NCBI GenBank assembly: GCA_937998695.1
Contig: CALLCO010000118.1
Location: forward strand, 1-56,992
Reading direction: 5' to 3'
Length of the DNA: 56,992 nt
Source of the DNA: Candidatus Ozemobacteraceae bacterium
GTDB taxonomy: Bacteria > Muiribacteriota > Ozemobacteria > Ozemobacterales > Ozemobacteraceae
How positions within the stretch are numbered: position 1 is the first letter of the stretch; every line of letters starts with the position of its first letter. The notes beneath the pieces are model-generated. The model was not told where the DNA came from. It did no database searches and saw only the letters and a list, made by a program, of their open reading frames with translations. The translations under genes and the position numbers were made by a program. Of this stretch, positions 44,402-53,041 are shown in pieces.

Positions 44402-47049
44402 GGGGTTCTCCTTTCCGGTCTGCGGGTGGGCGGGCGGCGGGGCGAGGCGGGCTGGGCCTGCACCAGCTCCCTGGCTTTGCGGTATTTGTTCCGCTCTTCC
44501 GGATCGAGAAAGGGGAGATGGCGCCGCAAGGCCTTCAGCATTCGCTGAAACGTCTCCTCCGCACCGAAGAAGTTTTCTCCCTCCAGTTCGTGGAACACGA
44601 TCTGGCGGGAGCCCTGACGGACCGTCACCTCGTCGAGATACAGGCCAAACTTCGACTGAAACAGGTCCTGGTCGACATGAACCAGCGGCAGAAACGTCCG
44701 GCGGTTGTGCAAGGTCAGAACCGGGGCCAAAGTATGGGGGGCGGGCAGGCTTTCGCCGTCCAGCAGGCGCACCAGTTCGGCCAAGGCCTGCCGGGGTCGG
44801 TTCCAGGCTGTGGCGGGCACGAACACTTCCCATTCGGGGCGCTCGGCGGTGGCATGGTTTTTCGCCTTGGGGCCCTTGTAGCAGAGGGTTCGCCTGGTTC
44901 GGCCGCGGATCAGCTCGGTGCGGAAGCGGATGCCCTTGCCCTGATGGAAAAGGTCCAGGTCCTTGGTGTCGAAATAGAGGTCTTCCACCTGTTGCTCTTC
45001 CCGCTTGTCCCGTTGGGGCCAGCAGCCCGCCAGATCAGACCAGGCGGCGTCCACGGCGAAGAACCGCTGGGCTGCCGTCCACTGCGCCGGCGTCAGGGCG
45101 AACTTGGCTTCATGCTCGCGGGTCGTCATTCTTTCGATCCTGACGTGGTTGACCCGTACTTTGGCCTTCTCCAGGATGCCATGGGTGAGATCGAGGTCGT
45201 CGGTAATGTTCTGGCGAATTTGTCTGAGATACTGGGCCTGACGCAGGGGATCGCCACTGATTGGCCCAGGCCGCACGATGATGGCCGGCGGTTTGATGAT
45301 CACCTGCGCCGATTGGTGGTGGAGCAGGTAGTGGTTTTGATACTGGTCACCCATCAGGCGAAGTTCCTTGGCCAGATCGAGGAATCGCTGGTCCTCCTGC
45401 TTCTGGTGGGATTTGTCGGCGGTTTCGAGAAAATCCAGGGCGCTGAGGGCCTTCCCCAGCCCTTCATCGGTTGCCGTGAACGTCGGCTCTTGCCAGCCGA
45501 TGGCGCGGGCGAACCGGGCCGCCAACGGCCATCGGCGCCGGGCACCCCGACGTCCCAGGAGGAGGCTGACCCGGTCGATGAGCGCGCGGAAGACCCGGTC
45601 CATCTCTGCCCGGGTCCGGTTTTGCTTCTCTTGGGCACTGATCATTAACCGCTTCTCTTGGACGTCGCACGCATCGCACAACTGGAGGACCGCGGCCAGT
45701 AGCCGGGTCCGGATGACGTGCCGACGGCTTTTTCCGTCGGTCAAGGTCAGGCAGACCTGCCGTGATACGGGAATCGGCGGCAGGTTCTTGCCGGTGCTGG
45801 CGGCCTGTTCCTCATCGAGCGGCCGGTCCTTCTGATGGTAGGAGACGATCTCGCCCACCACCGGGGCCAGAGCGCGGAACCGGGGGTCGATCTCGGGGCC
45901 CCCCCGTTCGACCATCCGATCGATGAGTTTCTGTGAGATCTGGCCGTGTTCCTTGCGGATCTTGAGGTAGGGGGTTTCCCCGCCATCGCCCGACATGCCG
46001 ATGTCATGAAGCCAGATCGCCGCCACCAGGGCGAAGACCTCGACGTCGCTGAGCCGCGGCCGGATCAGGGGGTGGATACTGCTGGCATGGTGCAGCACGC
46101 TGCAGGCATGTTGGAACCCGTGATCGACGAAATAGCGGTAGACGTCCCCCCCCCACAGCCGTTCCTGGCCGCTTGCGCTGCTCCAAGAGGCGATCAACTG
46201 GATGAGGGTTCCGCGTAGCCCGGGGTCCTTGATGGCACCGACCAGCGTGAACGACTGGGCGGCGTTGGCGGCCATGGCACTGGTGACGGGGGCGATGATC
46301 TCGTTGAACCGATCGAGCTCGGTGAGCGGGAAAACCCCGGCCTCGACCAGCGATCCGAACAGCCCGGACAGCGAAGGAGCCGGATACTCGACCAGGAAAA
46401 AATCCCGGGCCGGGCTGGCCAATCTGGCCTTGGCATGGTTCGGGCTGGGTGGCCCGGTGGACGGGTTGGGAGGCGGCGCGGGCCGGCCCGTTTCGGGCTG
46501 GGGTTCCGGCGAGGGGTGCAGATGATACAGGCGATTGTTGTCCTCGGGGTTGACGAACAGATGGTAGACCCGGTCATCCTCCTGGCGCGTCAGCATGGAC
46601 GCGAGCATCAGATCGGACGACATGGTCTTGCGCCCGCCCGCCAGACAGTAAAGGAACCGCGGCGGGGAAGTTCCTTGGTCAGATGATGGTCGGTACTTCT
46701 GGTTGAGATCTTGGATCGTCTGCAGGATCGTGGCTTTGCTGGAAGCCGCATCCTCGCTCGTCTTGATGTCCTCGAGCTCCTTCCCGTTCCGGTCTTTTAG
46801 GTAGACCATGGTCAGAGCCTCGCGGGGAAGGGGAGGGGCATCCTCGGCGAGCCGCTCCCGCAGGTGCTTTTCTTCCTCGGCCCAGTTGCGGCGCCCGCCC
46901 GCAAAGCGGGTGGCGAAGGCCCATACCCGGGTGATCGGGCCGTCCCGCCGCTCTTGTTTCACCCGCCAGGCATCGAGGAACTCCGTGAGCGTGGCGAACT
47001 GTGCCCCGAGGGTGATGAACAACCAGTTTTCGCGCCTTTGCCTGCTCAT
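44398..47049 (-). CDS. NE0113/Csx14-type CARF-like domain - HD phosphohydrolase - CYTH (triphosphate tunnel) fusion protein
   Basis: LFITLGAQFATLTEFLDAW and CLAGGRKTMS (nt 46621-46641). FQHACSVLHH, WLHDIGM (45994-46014), LLAAVLQLCDACD. EHEAKF = ExExK (45100-45117), DLYFDT, GIRFRTE, TLCYKGP. Confidence 0.7.
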   Translation of the reverse strand: MSRQRRENWLFITLGAQFATLTEFLDAWRVKQERRDGPITRVWAFATRFAGGRRNWAEEEKHLRERLAEDAPPLPREALTMVYLKDRNGKELEDIKTSEDAASSKATILQTIQDLNQKYRPSSDQGTSPPRFLYCLAGGRKTMSSDLMLASMLTRQEDDRVYHLFVNPEDNNRLYHLHPSPEPQPETGRPAPPPNPSTGPPSPNHAKARLASPARDFFLVEYPAPSLSGLFGSLVEAGVFPLTELDRFNEIIAPVTSAMAANAAQSFTLVGAIKDPGLRGTLIQLIASWSSASGQERLWGGDVYRYFVDHGFQHACSVLHHASSIHPLIRPRLSDVEVFALVAAIWLHDIGMSGDGGETPYLKIRKEHGQISQKLIDRMVERGGPEIDPRFRALAPVVGEIVSYHQKDRPLDEEQAASTGKNLPPIPVSRQVCLTLTDGKSRRHVIRTRLLAAVLQLCDACDVQEKRLMISAQEKQNRTRAEMDRVFRALIDRVSLLLGRRGARRRWPLAARFARAIGWQEPTFTATDEGLGKALSALDFLETADKSHQKQEDQRFLDLAKELRLMGDQYQNHYLLHHQSAQVIIKPPAIIVRPGPISGDPLRQAQYLRQIRQNITDDLDLTHGILEKAKVRVNHVRIERMTTREHEAKFALTPAQWTAAQRFFAVDAAWSDLAGCWPQRDKREEQQVEDLYFDTKDLDLFHQGKGIRFRTELIRGRTRRTLCYKGPKAKNHATAERPEWEVFVPATAWNRPRQALAELVRLLDGESLPAPHTLAPVLTLHNRRTFLPLVHVDQDLFQSKFGLYLDEVTVRQGSRQIVFHELEGENFFGAEETFQRMLKALRRHLPFLDPEERNKYRKARELVQAQPASPRRPPTRRPERRTP

Positions 47050-47372
47050 AGATGCACCCGCTTGTGGTTGGAGAGGTCGAGATCGACATAGCGTTTGGTT
47101 TCGAGGTCGAGGTAGGCGAAGATGATGTTCCGGCTCGAATGGGCAAAGGCCTGACCAAGGATGTAGGCGATGGCCACAGGCCCCGCCACCACCAGCCGGA
47201 TCGTTTCGCCCATGGCCGAGCCGGCGATGACGGCCCGCCCGAACTCGAGGGCGACCTCCAGGAACGGCTTCATGTCATGTTTGCAGGAGAACAGCACAAT
47301 TTCGTCCTGGGGGAACGAAACCGCCACGTCCTGTCGGATATGCTCGCGATTGGCCAGCACGAAGATCTTCAT
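47046..47372 (-). CDS. 108-aa hypothetical protein, translationally coupled between cas6 and the CARF-HD-CYTH gene
   Basis: GGAGGGA SD and ATG 47372. ATGA overlaps at both ends. Beta-alpha alternation with LVVAGPVAIAYILGQAF...IIFAY. Confidence 0.6.
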   Translation of the reverse strand: MKIFVLANREHIRQDVAVSFPQDEIVLFSCKHDMKPFLEVALEFGRAVIAGSAMGETIRLVVAGPVAIAYILGQAFAHSSRNIIFAYLDLETKRYVDLDLSNHKRVHL

Positions 47373-48352
47373 GAGATAACTCCCTCCACCGGATGCCAGG
47401 AATAGCGGCCCAGTCCGAACACGCTCCCTTTGCCGAGGTGCAGGGGCTGGGCGGCGGTCACGAAGGGGGTGAACCCCGCCGGGATGCCGGTCAGGGTGAA
47501 CGAGCCGACCCACCCCTCCAGCGGGATTTTGGTGCCCTGACTGAGAGAATAGCGGGACAGGCTCTCCCAATGCAGGTCGGGGTCGCGGACCGCCGCCCCC
47601 TCCAGATGCTGTAGGACCGGGCCGAAGGGAAAGTCCCGCCACTCGTCCTGGTCCCAGAATGCCGATAAGGACGAGACCCGGCGCAGCACTGATTTCAGGA
47701 AAGGCCGGGCTTCCATGGGGGTTCGCGCATCGACGCTGTTGGCCCAGCGGGTGGGGGTGTGCAGCACCACCCGGACGGCCCCGGGATCCTGAGGCGTGCC
47801 GCCGGCACGGGCTGGGCTCTTCTCGTCGGCTAGCTGCAGGGGTTTGATCTCAGGAAGGGGAAGATCCTCGAGCGTCGCCCGCTGCAGGGTGCCCTGAGCA
47901 TACAGGGCGACCGGCCCGGCAAGGGTGGACATCTCGATAGTCTCGAGACGGAAAGGATACCGACCGACCCCGAACCCCCGCTCGCCCGCCTCGGCGAGTG
48001 CAGCAGCGATCGCCGGGGCCCAACCGATGGCGCGGCCGATCAACACCACCTCGAAGGGCAGCGGGTCACCCGGCCGGAAGGCCGTCTGCTCGGCCTCGCA
48101 GCGGATGACGTAGGGATGGGGCGGCATCCGCATGTTGCCGAAGCGTGGAAGTTCCTCCTGGAAGGCCACATACAAGCCGAAATACAGGCATTCCTTCCGG
48201 TGCGGGCAATTGTCGCAGGGCGGCTGTCCCCGCCGGCAGCCGATCCGCACCAGGGCTCGGCCCAACGCCCCCCGCAACATCGGCGCCTTGAACGGCGGCA
48301 ACCGCCCTTCGCGGTTGGCCTGATAGTTCACTCGCAACGGCAGGATCTGCAT
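47369..48352 (-). CDS. cas6: Cas6 pre-crRNA endoribonuclease (RAMP)
   Basis: N-terminus PFKAPMLRGALGRAL with Cys cluster CDNCPHRKEC. C-terminal glycine-rich loop HLGKGSVFGLGRY. Confidence 0.75.
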   Translation of the reverse strand: MQILPLRVNYQANREGRLPPFKAPMLRGALGRALVRIGCRRGQPPCDNCPHRKECLYFGLYVAFQEELPRFGNMRMPPHPYVIRCEAEQTAFRPGDPLPFEVVLIGRAIGWAPAIAAALAEAGERGFGVGRYPFRLETIEMSTLAGPVALYAQGTLQRATLEDLPLPEIKPLQLADEKSPARAGGTPQDPGAVRVVLHTPTRWANSVDARTPMEARPFLKSVLRRVSSLSAFWDQDEWRDFPFGPVLQHLEGAAVRDPDLHWESLSRYSLSQGTKIPLEGWVGSFTLTGIPAGFTPFVTAAQPLHLGKGSVFGLGRYSWHPVEGVIS

Positions 48353-48364
48353 GGCGTCTGAAAA

Positions 48365-49789
48365 TCAGCCAAGGCCCAGGATGGTAAAATTGTTGCCGTC
48401 CCGCTGAACCCTGACGGTCAACGTGACCGACCTTTTCTTTGCCACCTGCTTCCGAATTTCTTCAAGCCGGTTGCCGAGCCAGCCGCCATCCTTGATCTCC
48501 ACGCTCTTTGGCTTGCCATCGAGTTGGAATTGGACCTTCCATTTCTGGCTGCCGGGATTGAACGTCACGGTGGCCTCAACCGGAGGGAGTTCCTCGGGGC
48601 GAATGGGAGTCGGGGCACGGGTGGTTGCCTGGCCTGCCTTCCCTGACGCTGACACCGTGGGAATGGGTACGGACCAGGGCTCGAAGGAGGGGAGCGTCTG
48701 GGGAAGGTTCTGATCGAGGGGGGCAAGGGGAACCCGGGGATTCTGCCCGAACCAGTCGGTCGAGGGATAGCGGCGATTGATCGGATCGGGAAACCGGAGA
48801 ATGGCTCGCAACGCCTTCAAATGGGGAAGCCCCATGTTCGGGGCGAGTCGCTGGTAGATCTCGGTGATCCAGGAGGTGAGTGCCTCGCCGGTCAGATGGT
48901 GTTCCCCACCTTTCCAGCTCTTGAACCGGGCGACGGGGTCGGGGAAGAGGTCGGCTTCGGCCAGCTGCAGCTGCACGCTGCCCAGCCCGGCCGCTTTCCT
49001 CTGCCCCAGCCGATGGGCCATGGTGCTCTCCAGGAGGAGCGAATAGACCAGGATGTCGAGGGCGCCCTTGTCCAGGTTGGTTAAAGAGATGACGAACCGG
49101 AAGGTCGCGTCCTTGGGGATCACCCGATCCAGGCACTTTTTCCGCGCATGATTCGAGGTGCGCACCTGGGAGCCATGGAAATAGAATTTGCGCCCGATGC
49201 GCTGGTTGGGCGGAAGAACGTAGAACGCCCGATGATGCGGCCGAGGTTGCATGAGTGGAATGATGGAAAAACCCCGCGCTGGCTGCAAATCCGGGTCTTC
49301 CGGCCGTGCCTCTCCGATCGCCACCTGGCCGAGGTGGTTCCTGCCGCCGGCTACCATGCCGAAGACCCGACAGGCCAGACACAGGTTGGCCGGATCCTGG
49401 CAGCCGCTGACCCCCTTTTCCTGCGTGACCTGGGGCAGATGGGCCGCCGGGACCACGTAATTCTGCGGCGTCCGGGTGCGGTACTCTCCCTTGTAGAGCC
49501 GCAAGCAGCTCTGGGAAACCGCCTCGAAGGTCGAGCGGATCATCCCCTTCAGGCTACTGCCAGGGATGACTAGGCGGCCGGCACTGGTCAGAAGGTACTG
49601 TTGTTCTTGATCCTGTTCCTTTTCCCCTCCCCGGCCGATGAACAGGGGCGACAAGGTGCGCAGGCGAACCACCAACCGGCCCGATGTGGTCTGGAAGCGA
49701 TCGTGTGGGGGGGCCGCTTGGCGGTCGACCCCGCTCTCCGGAAGAGGCACAAAATGGTAGGGGCTGTTGGGGTAGGCGGATTCAGGCAT
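48365..49789 (-). CDS. type III RAMP (Cas7-like) with C-terminal Lys-rich extension
   Basis: NSPYHFVPL, VIPGSSLKGMIRS, CLACRVFG, GRKFYFHG, GQRKAAGLG. GGAGGGAAG SD upstream of ATG 49789. ORF 48365..49954 trimmed. Confidence 0.7.
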   Translation of the reverse strand: MPESAYPNSPYHFVPLPESGVDRQAAPPHDRFQTTSGRLVVRLRTLSPLFIGRGGEKEQDQEQQYLLTSAGRLVIPGSSLKGMIRSTFEAVSQSCLRLYKGEYRTRTPQNYVVPAAHLPQVTQEKGVSGCQDPANLCLACRVFGMVAGGRNHLGQVAIGEARPEDPDLQPARGFSIIPLMQPRPHHRAFYVLPPNQRIGRKFYFHGSQVRTSNHARKKCLDRVIPKDATFRFVISLTNLDKGALDILVYSLLLESTMAHRLGQRKAAGLGSVQLQLAEADLFPDPVARFKSWKGGEHHLTGEALTSWITEIYQRLAPNMGLPHLKALRAILRFPDPINRRYPSTDWFGQNPRVPLAPLDQNLPQTLPSFEPWSVPIPTVSASGKAGQATTRAPTPIRPEELPPVEATVTFNPGSQKWKVQFQLDGKPKSVEIKDGGWLGNRLEEIRKQVAKKRSVTLTVRVQRDGNNFTILGLG

Positions 49790-50318
49790 GCTCACTTCCC
49801 TCCAGGTCCATGAACCTGATCCACTCGACCAGGCCTGACGCTTTCGACCGATACCGGCAGGCCCGAATCCAGGCCATGGTGCCGGGGCTTGCAAGGGGAT
49901 ACTGGCCGACTCCCGGGATCCGCTCCTCCCGGAAGGGTTGGCCCTCCGCCCCACGGCGCCCCCAGAGCTTATACCGAAGCGGCTGCCCGTCGGGGAAGGT
50001 CGTTTCGATCTCGTAGGCTTCCGGGGTCAGCACGGTCTGGGCCATCGGCCGCGGGCCGCCGCTGGACTCGGCCACCTGGCCGAGGGCCAGGCCGTGCCAG
50101 CGACCGTCGCTCCGTGGCCGCAGCCGGATCTCCCGGGTCGGGCCGAAGAACAGCAACCGATCGTGCCGGAGCCAGTCTTCGGGCAGGGCGATCTCCCGAT
50201 CGAACAACACCCGCAGCGGCGAATCCGCATACCGGAACGTCAGGCCGTCCTGATGTTTCTGGAACCACGCGGGCAGCTCGCCCGGGCCAAGGTCATACGC
50301 GATGACGCGCTCGTTCAT
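49782..50318 (-). CDS. csx19: Csx19-like type III-D-associated protein
   Basis: 178 aa in the position Csx19 occupies in III-D loci. YKLWG...EERIPGVGQYPL...WIRACRY...VEWIRFMDL resembles my recollection of the Csx19 pattern; no search was possible. Confidence 0.4.
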   Translation of the reverse strand: MNERVIAYDLGPGELPAWFQKHQDGLTFRYADSPLRVLFDREIALPEDWLRHDRLLFFGPTREIRLRPRSDGRWHGLALGQVAESSGGPRPMAQTVLTPEAYEIETTFPDGQPLRYKLWGRRGAEGQPFREERIPGVGQYPLASPGTMAWIRACRYRSKASGLVEWIRFMDLEGSEHA

Positions 50319-50334
50319 TTCGCTCTCCCGTCGT

Positions 50335-51264
50335 TCACTGAGCCACTCTGGGCAGCTTTCCCCCTTCGGCACAGGCAACGAAGATCTCGCTCAGGCTCGC
50401 GAGCACCGTTTCCCGGTCCGCGGCGGGAATGGCCAGGGACCATCGCAGGCCCTCCCGCTGCCAGGACTGGCCGAGCGCTTCGGACAGGTTCAGCGAATCC
50501 GGACCATCGACCAGACGATACGCCTTTCCCGTCTGGCCCAACTGGGCGCCGATGCCCCGCATTTCCCGACCGGGGGAACTCTTGCCGAACTGGTACAGAT
50601 GCCACCCGGTCAGGTGGGCCTTGATGCCGCCCAGCCCCCGCGTCTTCCCCGAACCGATCCGGATGAACCCCCCCATGAAATCGCGCAGCGTCAGGGCCAG
50701 CAGACCCATCTGCCACATCTCGAAGTTCTGGATGGCGATCCGCGTGCGGAACACGCTTCCCGCCGGGACCACCGAATACTCGAATTTGGCCCCAGGGTAA
50801 GCCCCCCCGGAGATCCGGTCGATCCCGACCCCGTCGCGCGACTCGGTCAGCAGCTTCCGATCGGGCACCGCATCCGCCGACTGGAACCGGCCGATGAAAT
50901 GGGTCGAGCCGAACAGGCGGCAGGCCGGGCAGGAGTCGGCGTAAGCCTCGCTGGGCGAGACTTTCTTGTCACCGTGGCTGCGCTGGTCGAAGGCCCGACC
51001 GCAGAAGCGGTCCGCCCCTTCCCGCACGAAGGGGTTGCAGACCGGCAGGTTCAGCGTGCGCAGGATCTTTTCCCCGTGGGCCCGGAACGCGCCTTTGAGA
51101 GTCGTTCCCGGAATGACCTGCACGGCCTCTCCTTTGCGGTTGCGCGTCTCTAGCCATTGGGCGTCGGGCCCGGACAGGGTGATGCCGCCCGCCTTGACCA
51201 GCAGGGGGTCGATCGCTTCGAGGTCGAGATCCCAGATCGATTCGTTCACCAGGGTTTTCAGCAT
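50335..51264 (-). CDS. cas7: Cas7 (Csm3/Cmr4-like RAMP)
   Basis: VIPGTTLKGAFRA, CPACRLFGS, SRDGVGIDRISGGA, IGSGKTRGLGG. AGGAGAGG SD. Confidence 0.8.
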   Translation of the reverse strand: MLKTLVNESIWDLDLEAIDPLLVKAGGITLSGPDAQWLETRNRKGEAVQVIPGTTLKGAFRAHGEKILRTLNLPVCNPFVREGADRFCGRAFDQRSHGDKKVSPSEAYADSCPACRLFGSTHFIGRFQSADAVPDRKLLTESRDGVGIDRISGGAYPGAKFEYSVVPAGSVFRTRIAIQNFEMWQMGLLALTLRDFMGGFIRIGSGKTRGLGGIKAHLTGWHLYQFGKSSPGREMRGIGAQLGQTGKAYRLVDGPDSLNLSEALGQSWQREGLRWSLAIPAADRETVLASLSEIFVACAEGGKLPRVAQ

Positions 51265-51277
51265 GTTCCTCTCCTTG

Positions 51278-52078
51278 TCAGGCCAGGCTCTCGGCATGCT
51301 GCACGAGGAACCCGATGGGGTTGGGAACCAGAGGCACCTGCCCGGTTTTCAGGTATTCCTTCCGGAGGCCGGGGTCGGCCAGATTCAGGGCGCGCACCTC
51401 GATCTCCCCTTCCTCGATGAAGACCTTTCCCAGGCCTCTGGAGGTCAGGCCGCCGAGCGCGATGTGACCCCGGGCCAGTTCCAGCATACCGAGGGAGGCA
51501 ATGCCGAGGGTGCGGGGGTCGGGAGCCTCCAGGGTGATCTCCAAGTCGAAGACCGCGTAGGAGGATACCACTTCGTAGTCATACTTGATGCCATCGACGG
51601 CCCGGTGGCTGTCCCGGTCGATCCCCACGCCGTCGCGGGTCTCGACCAGCGGCAGGCCAGGGTTGCGCAGGGGGGCGTCGGCGAAGAACACCCGGGCTTG
51701 GTTGAAGCTCGAGCCGAACGTCAGGCACATCGGACAAACGCTTTTCTTGATCAGGTCATGGCGGGCCTGGGCGTCTTGCCGCAGCGGCTCCAGGCGCTTC
51801 TGGAGTTCTTTGGCCGGGGGGGCGGCGGGGTCGGCCCCGGGGCAGGTCGAAGCCGGGTCGAACAGCCGGCAGGTAGGCAGGCCGATGACCGGCAGGAGGC
51901 GTTCCAGATGGGAGCGCATCGCCCCCTTCAGCGAGGAGCCGGGGACGAAAGGCTGGTGAAGGAAGTCTTTCAGAACCGGGCTGTCCACGGTCTCGCCGCG
52001 CTCGCCCGAGCCGATGTGCAGGGCCGACCGCAACCGGAGCGGAGCCCGGAAAACGTACCGATGCAGGGGTGCAGACAT
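51278..52078 (-). CDS. cas7: Cas7 (Csm3-like RAMP)
   Basis: LHIGSGERGE, FVPGSSLKGAMRS, CPMCLTFGS, TRDGVGIDRDSH, GGLTSRGLG. Confidence 0.8.
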   Translation of the reverse strand: MSAPLHRYVFRAPLRLRSALHIGSGERGETVDSPVLKDFLHQPFVPGSSLKGAMRSHLERLLPVIGLPTCRLFDPASTCPGADPAAPPAKELQKRLEPLRQDAQARHDLIKKSVCPMCLTFGSSFNQARVFFADAPLRNPGLPLVETRDGVGIDRDSHRAVDGIKYDYEVVSSYAVFDLEITLEAPDPRTLGIASLGMLELARGHIALGGLTSRGLGKVFIEEGEIEVRALNLADPGLRKEYLKTGQVPLVPNPIGFLVQHAESLA

Positions 52079-52080
52079 GG

Positions 52081-52566
52081 TCAGAGACCTCCTTGCGTGG
52101 CGTCGAGATAATCGTGGTGGGCGCGCAGATGCTGGCAGAACTCCCGGAACAGATCCAGGAGCAGCCGGTCGCGGGACAGTTGAAGAAGCGTGGATGCCGC
52201 GCTTTTCCCGCTTCCGATCAGGGCTAGAACCTCCTGCTCGACCTGCGGCGCCAGGGTGGTCTGCCACTCCTGGAACATCTTGGCCAGGGGGCCATAGAAT
52301 TCAGCAAGATCTTGCCGGCCGGCCTGGTGATCCAGATAGTGCTTGATCTCCTGAGGATTTTTGGCCGCCAGGGCGAGGTTCATCAGGTTGGCCACCTGAT
52401 GCTTGGTGTGGGAGGCGGTCTTGCCGCCCTTGCCGGATGCTCTGCCTTGCCCCCCCTTGGTCAGAACTTCCTGGGCCAGAGGATACAACCGGAGTTGGGA
52501 GATTCGCCGCTTGACCCGGTGCCAGGCGGCCTGTTCGGCTTCCAACCACAATGCGTCGGCCATCAT
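52081..52566 (-). CDS. Cas11-like small helical subunit (copy b)
   Basis: 161 aa, all-helical and charged. Sits in the position of csm2/cmr5 between csx10 and cas7. No motif-level proof. Confidence 0.45.
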   Translation of the reverse strand: MMADALWLEAEQAAWHRVKRRISQLRLYPLAQEVLTKGGQGRASGKGGKTASHTKHQVANLMNLALAAKNPQEIKHYLDHQAGRQDLAEFYGPLAKMFQEWQTTLAPQVEQEVLALIGSGKSAASTLLQLSRDRLLLDLFREFCQHLRAHHDYLDATQGGL

Positions 52567-52576
52567 CGCCCTCCTG

Positions 52577-53041
52577 TCATGCCGCGGCGAACCGGGCATG
52601 GGCGACCAGGTGGGAGATCGTTTCCCGGGTCAGCTCGAGCCAGATGAGCAGTCGCAGCTCCTCCGGGGTGTGCGAATTGCCGGAAATCCTGGCCAGGACC
52701 GGACTGCACGCCAATTCGTCGGCCCGCTTCCGGAGCGGACCTTCGAGAAACTCGACCAGATCGCGCCCGAAATGCCGAGCCTGCCAGCGCTCGGACGAAC
52801 CCTTCTTGCCGGTCTGGCGCTTCACGAAGTCGAGGATGTCGGTGACCAGGTCGGTCCGCAGAGCCAATCCTTCCAGCTTCTGCAGGGAAGTGTGGGCTTT
52901 CTCCTGGCCGAAGATGGCCTGGGCATTCTCGGCCAGGGCCTTGATCTCCGGCATGACTTTCATGCCGTGCGGATACAGGCGCTCCTGCTCGAAGCGCAGG
53001 AGCTGTCGGATGGCGGCTTGCACTAGCAGCTCATTGGACAT
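52577..53041 (-). CDS. Cas11-like small helical subunit (copy a)
   Basis: 154 aa, all-helical. Overlaps the csx10 stop by 11 nt. Confidence 0.45.
   Translation of the reverse strand: MSNELLVQAAIRQLLRFEQERLYPHGMKVMPEIKALAENAQAIFGQEKAHTSLQKLEGLALRTDLVTDILDFVKRQTGKKGSSERWQARHFGRDLVEFLEGPLRKRADELACSPVLARISGNSHTPEELRLLIWLELTRETISHLVAHARFAAA

Noticed and set aside
44402-44833. 144-codon N-terminal extension of the CARF-RelE ORF.
   Set aside because: It is Pro/Gly/Arg-rich and overlaps the CYTH-coding end of the upstream gene. CARF proteins of this clade begin a few residues before the STCG motif.
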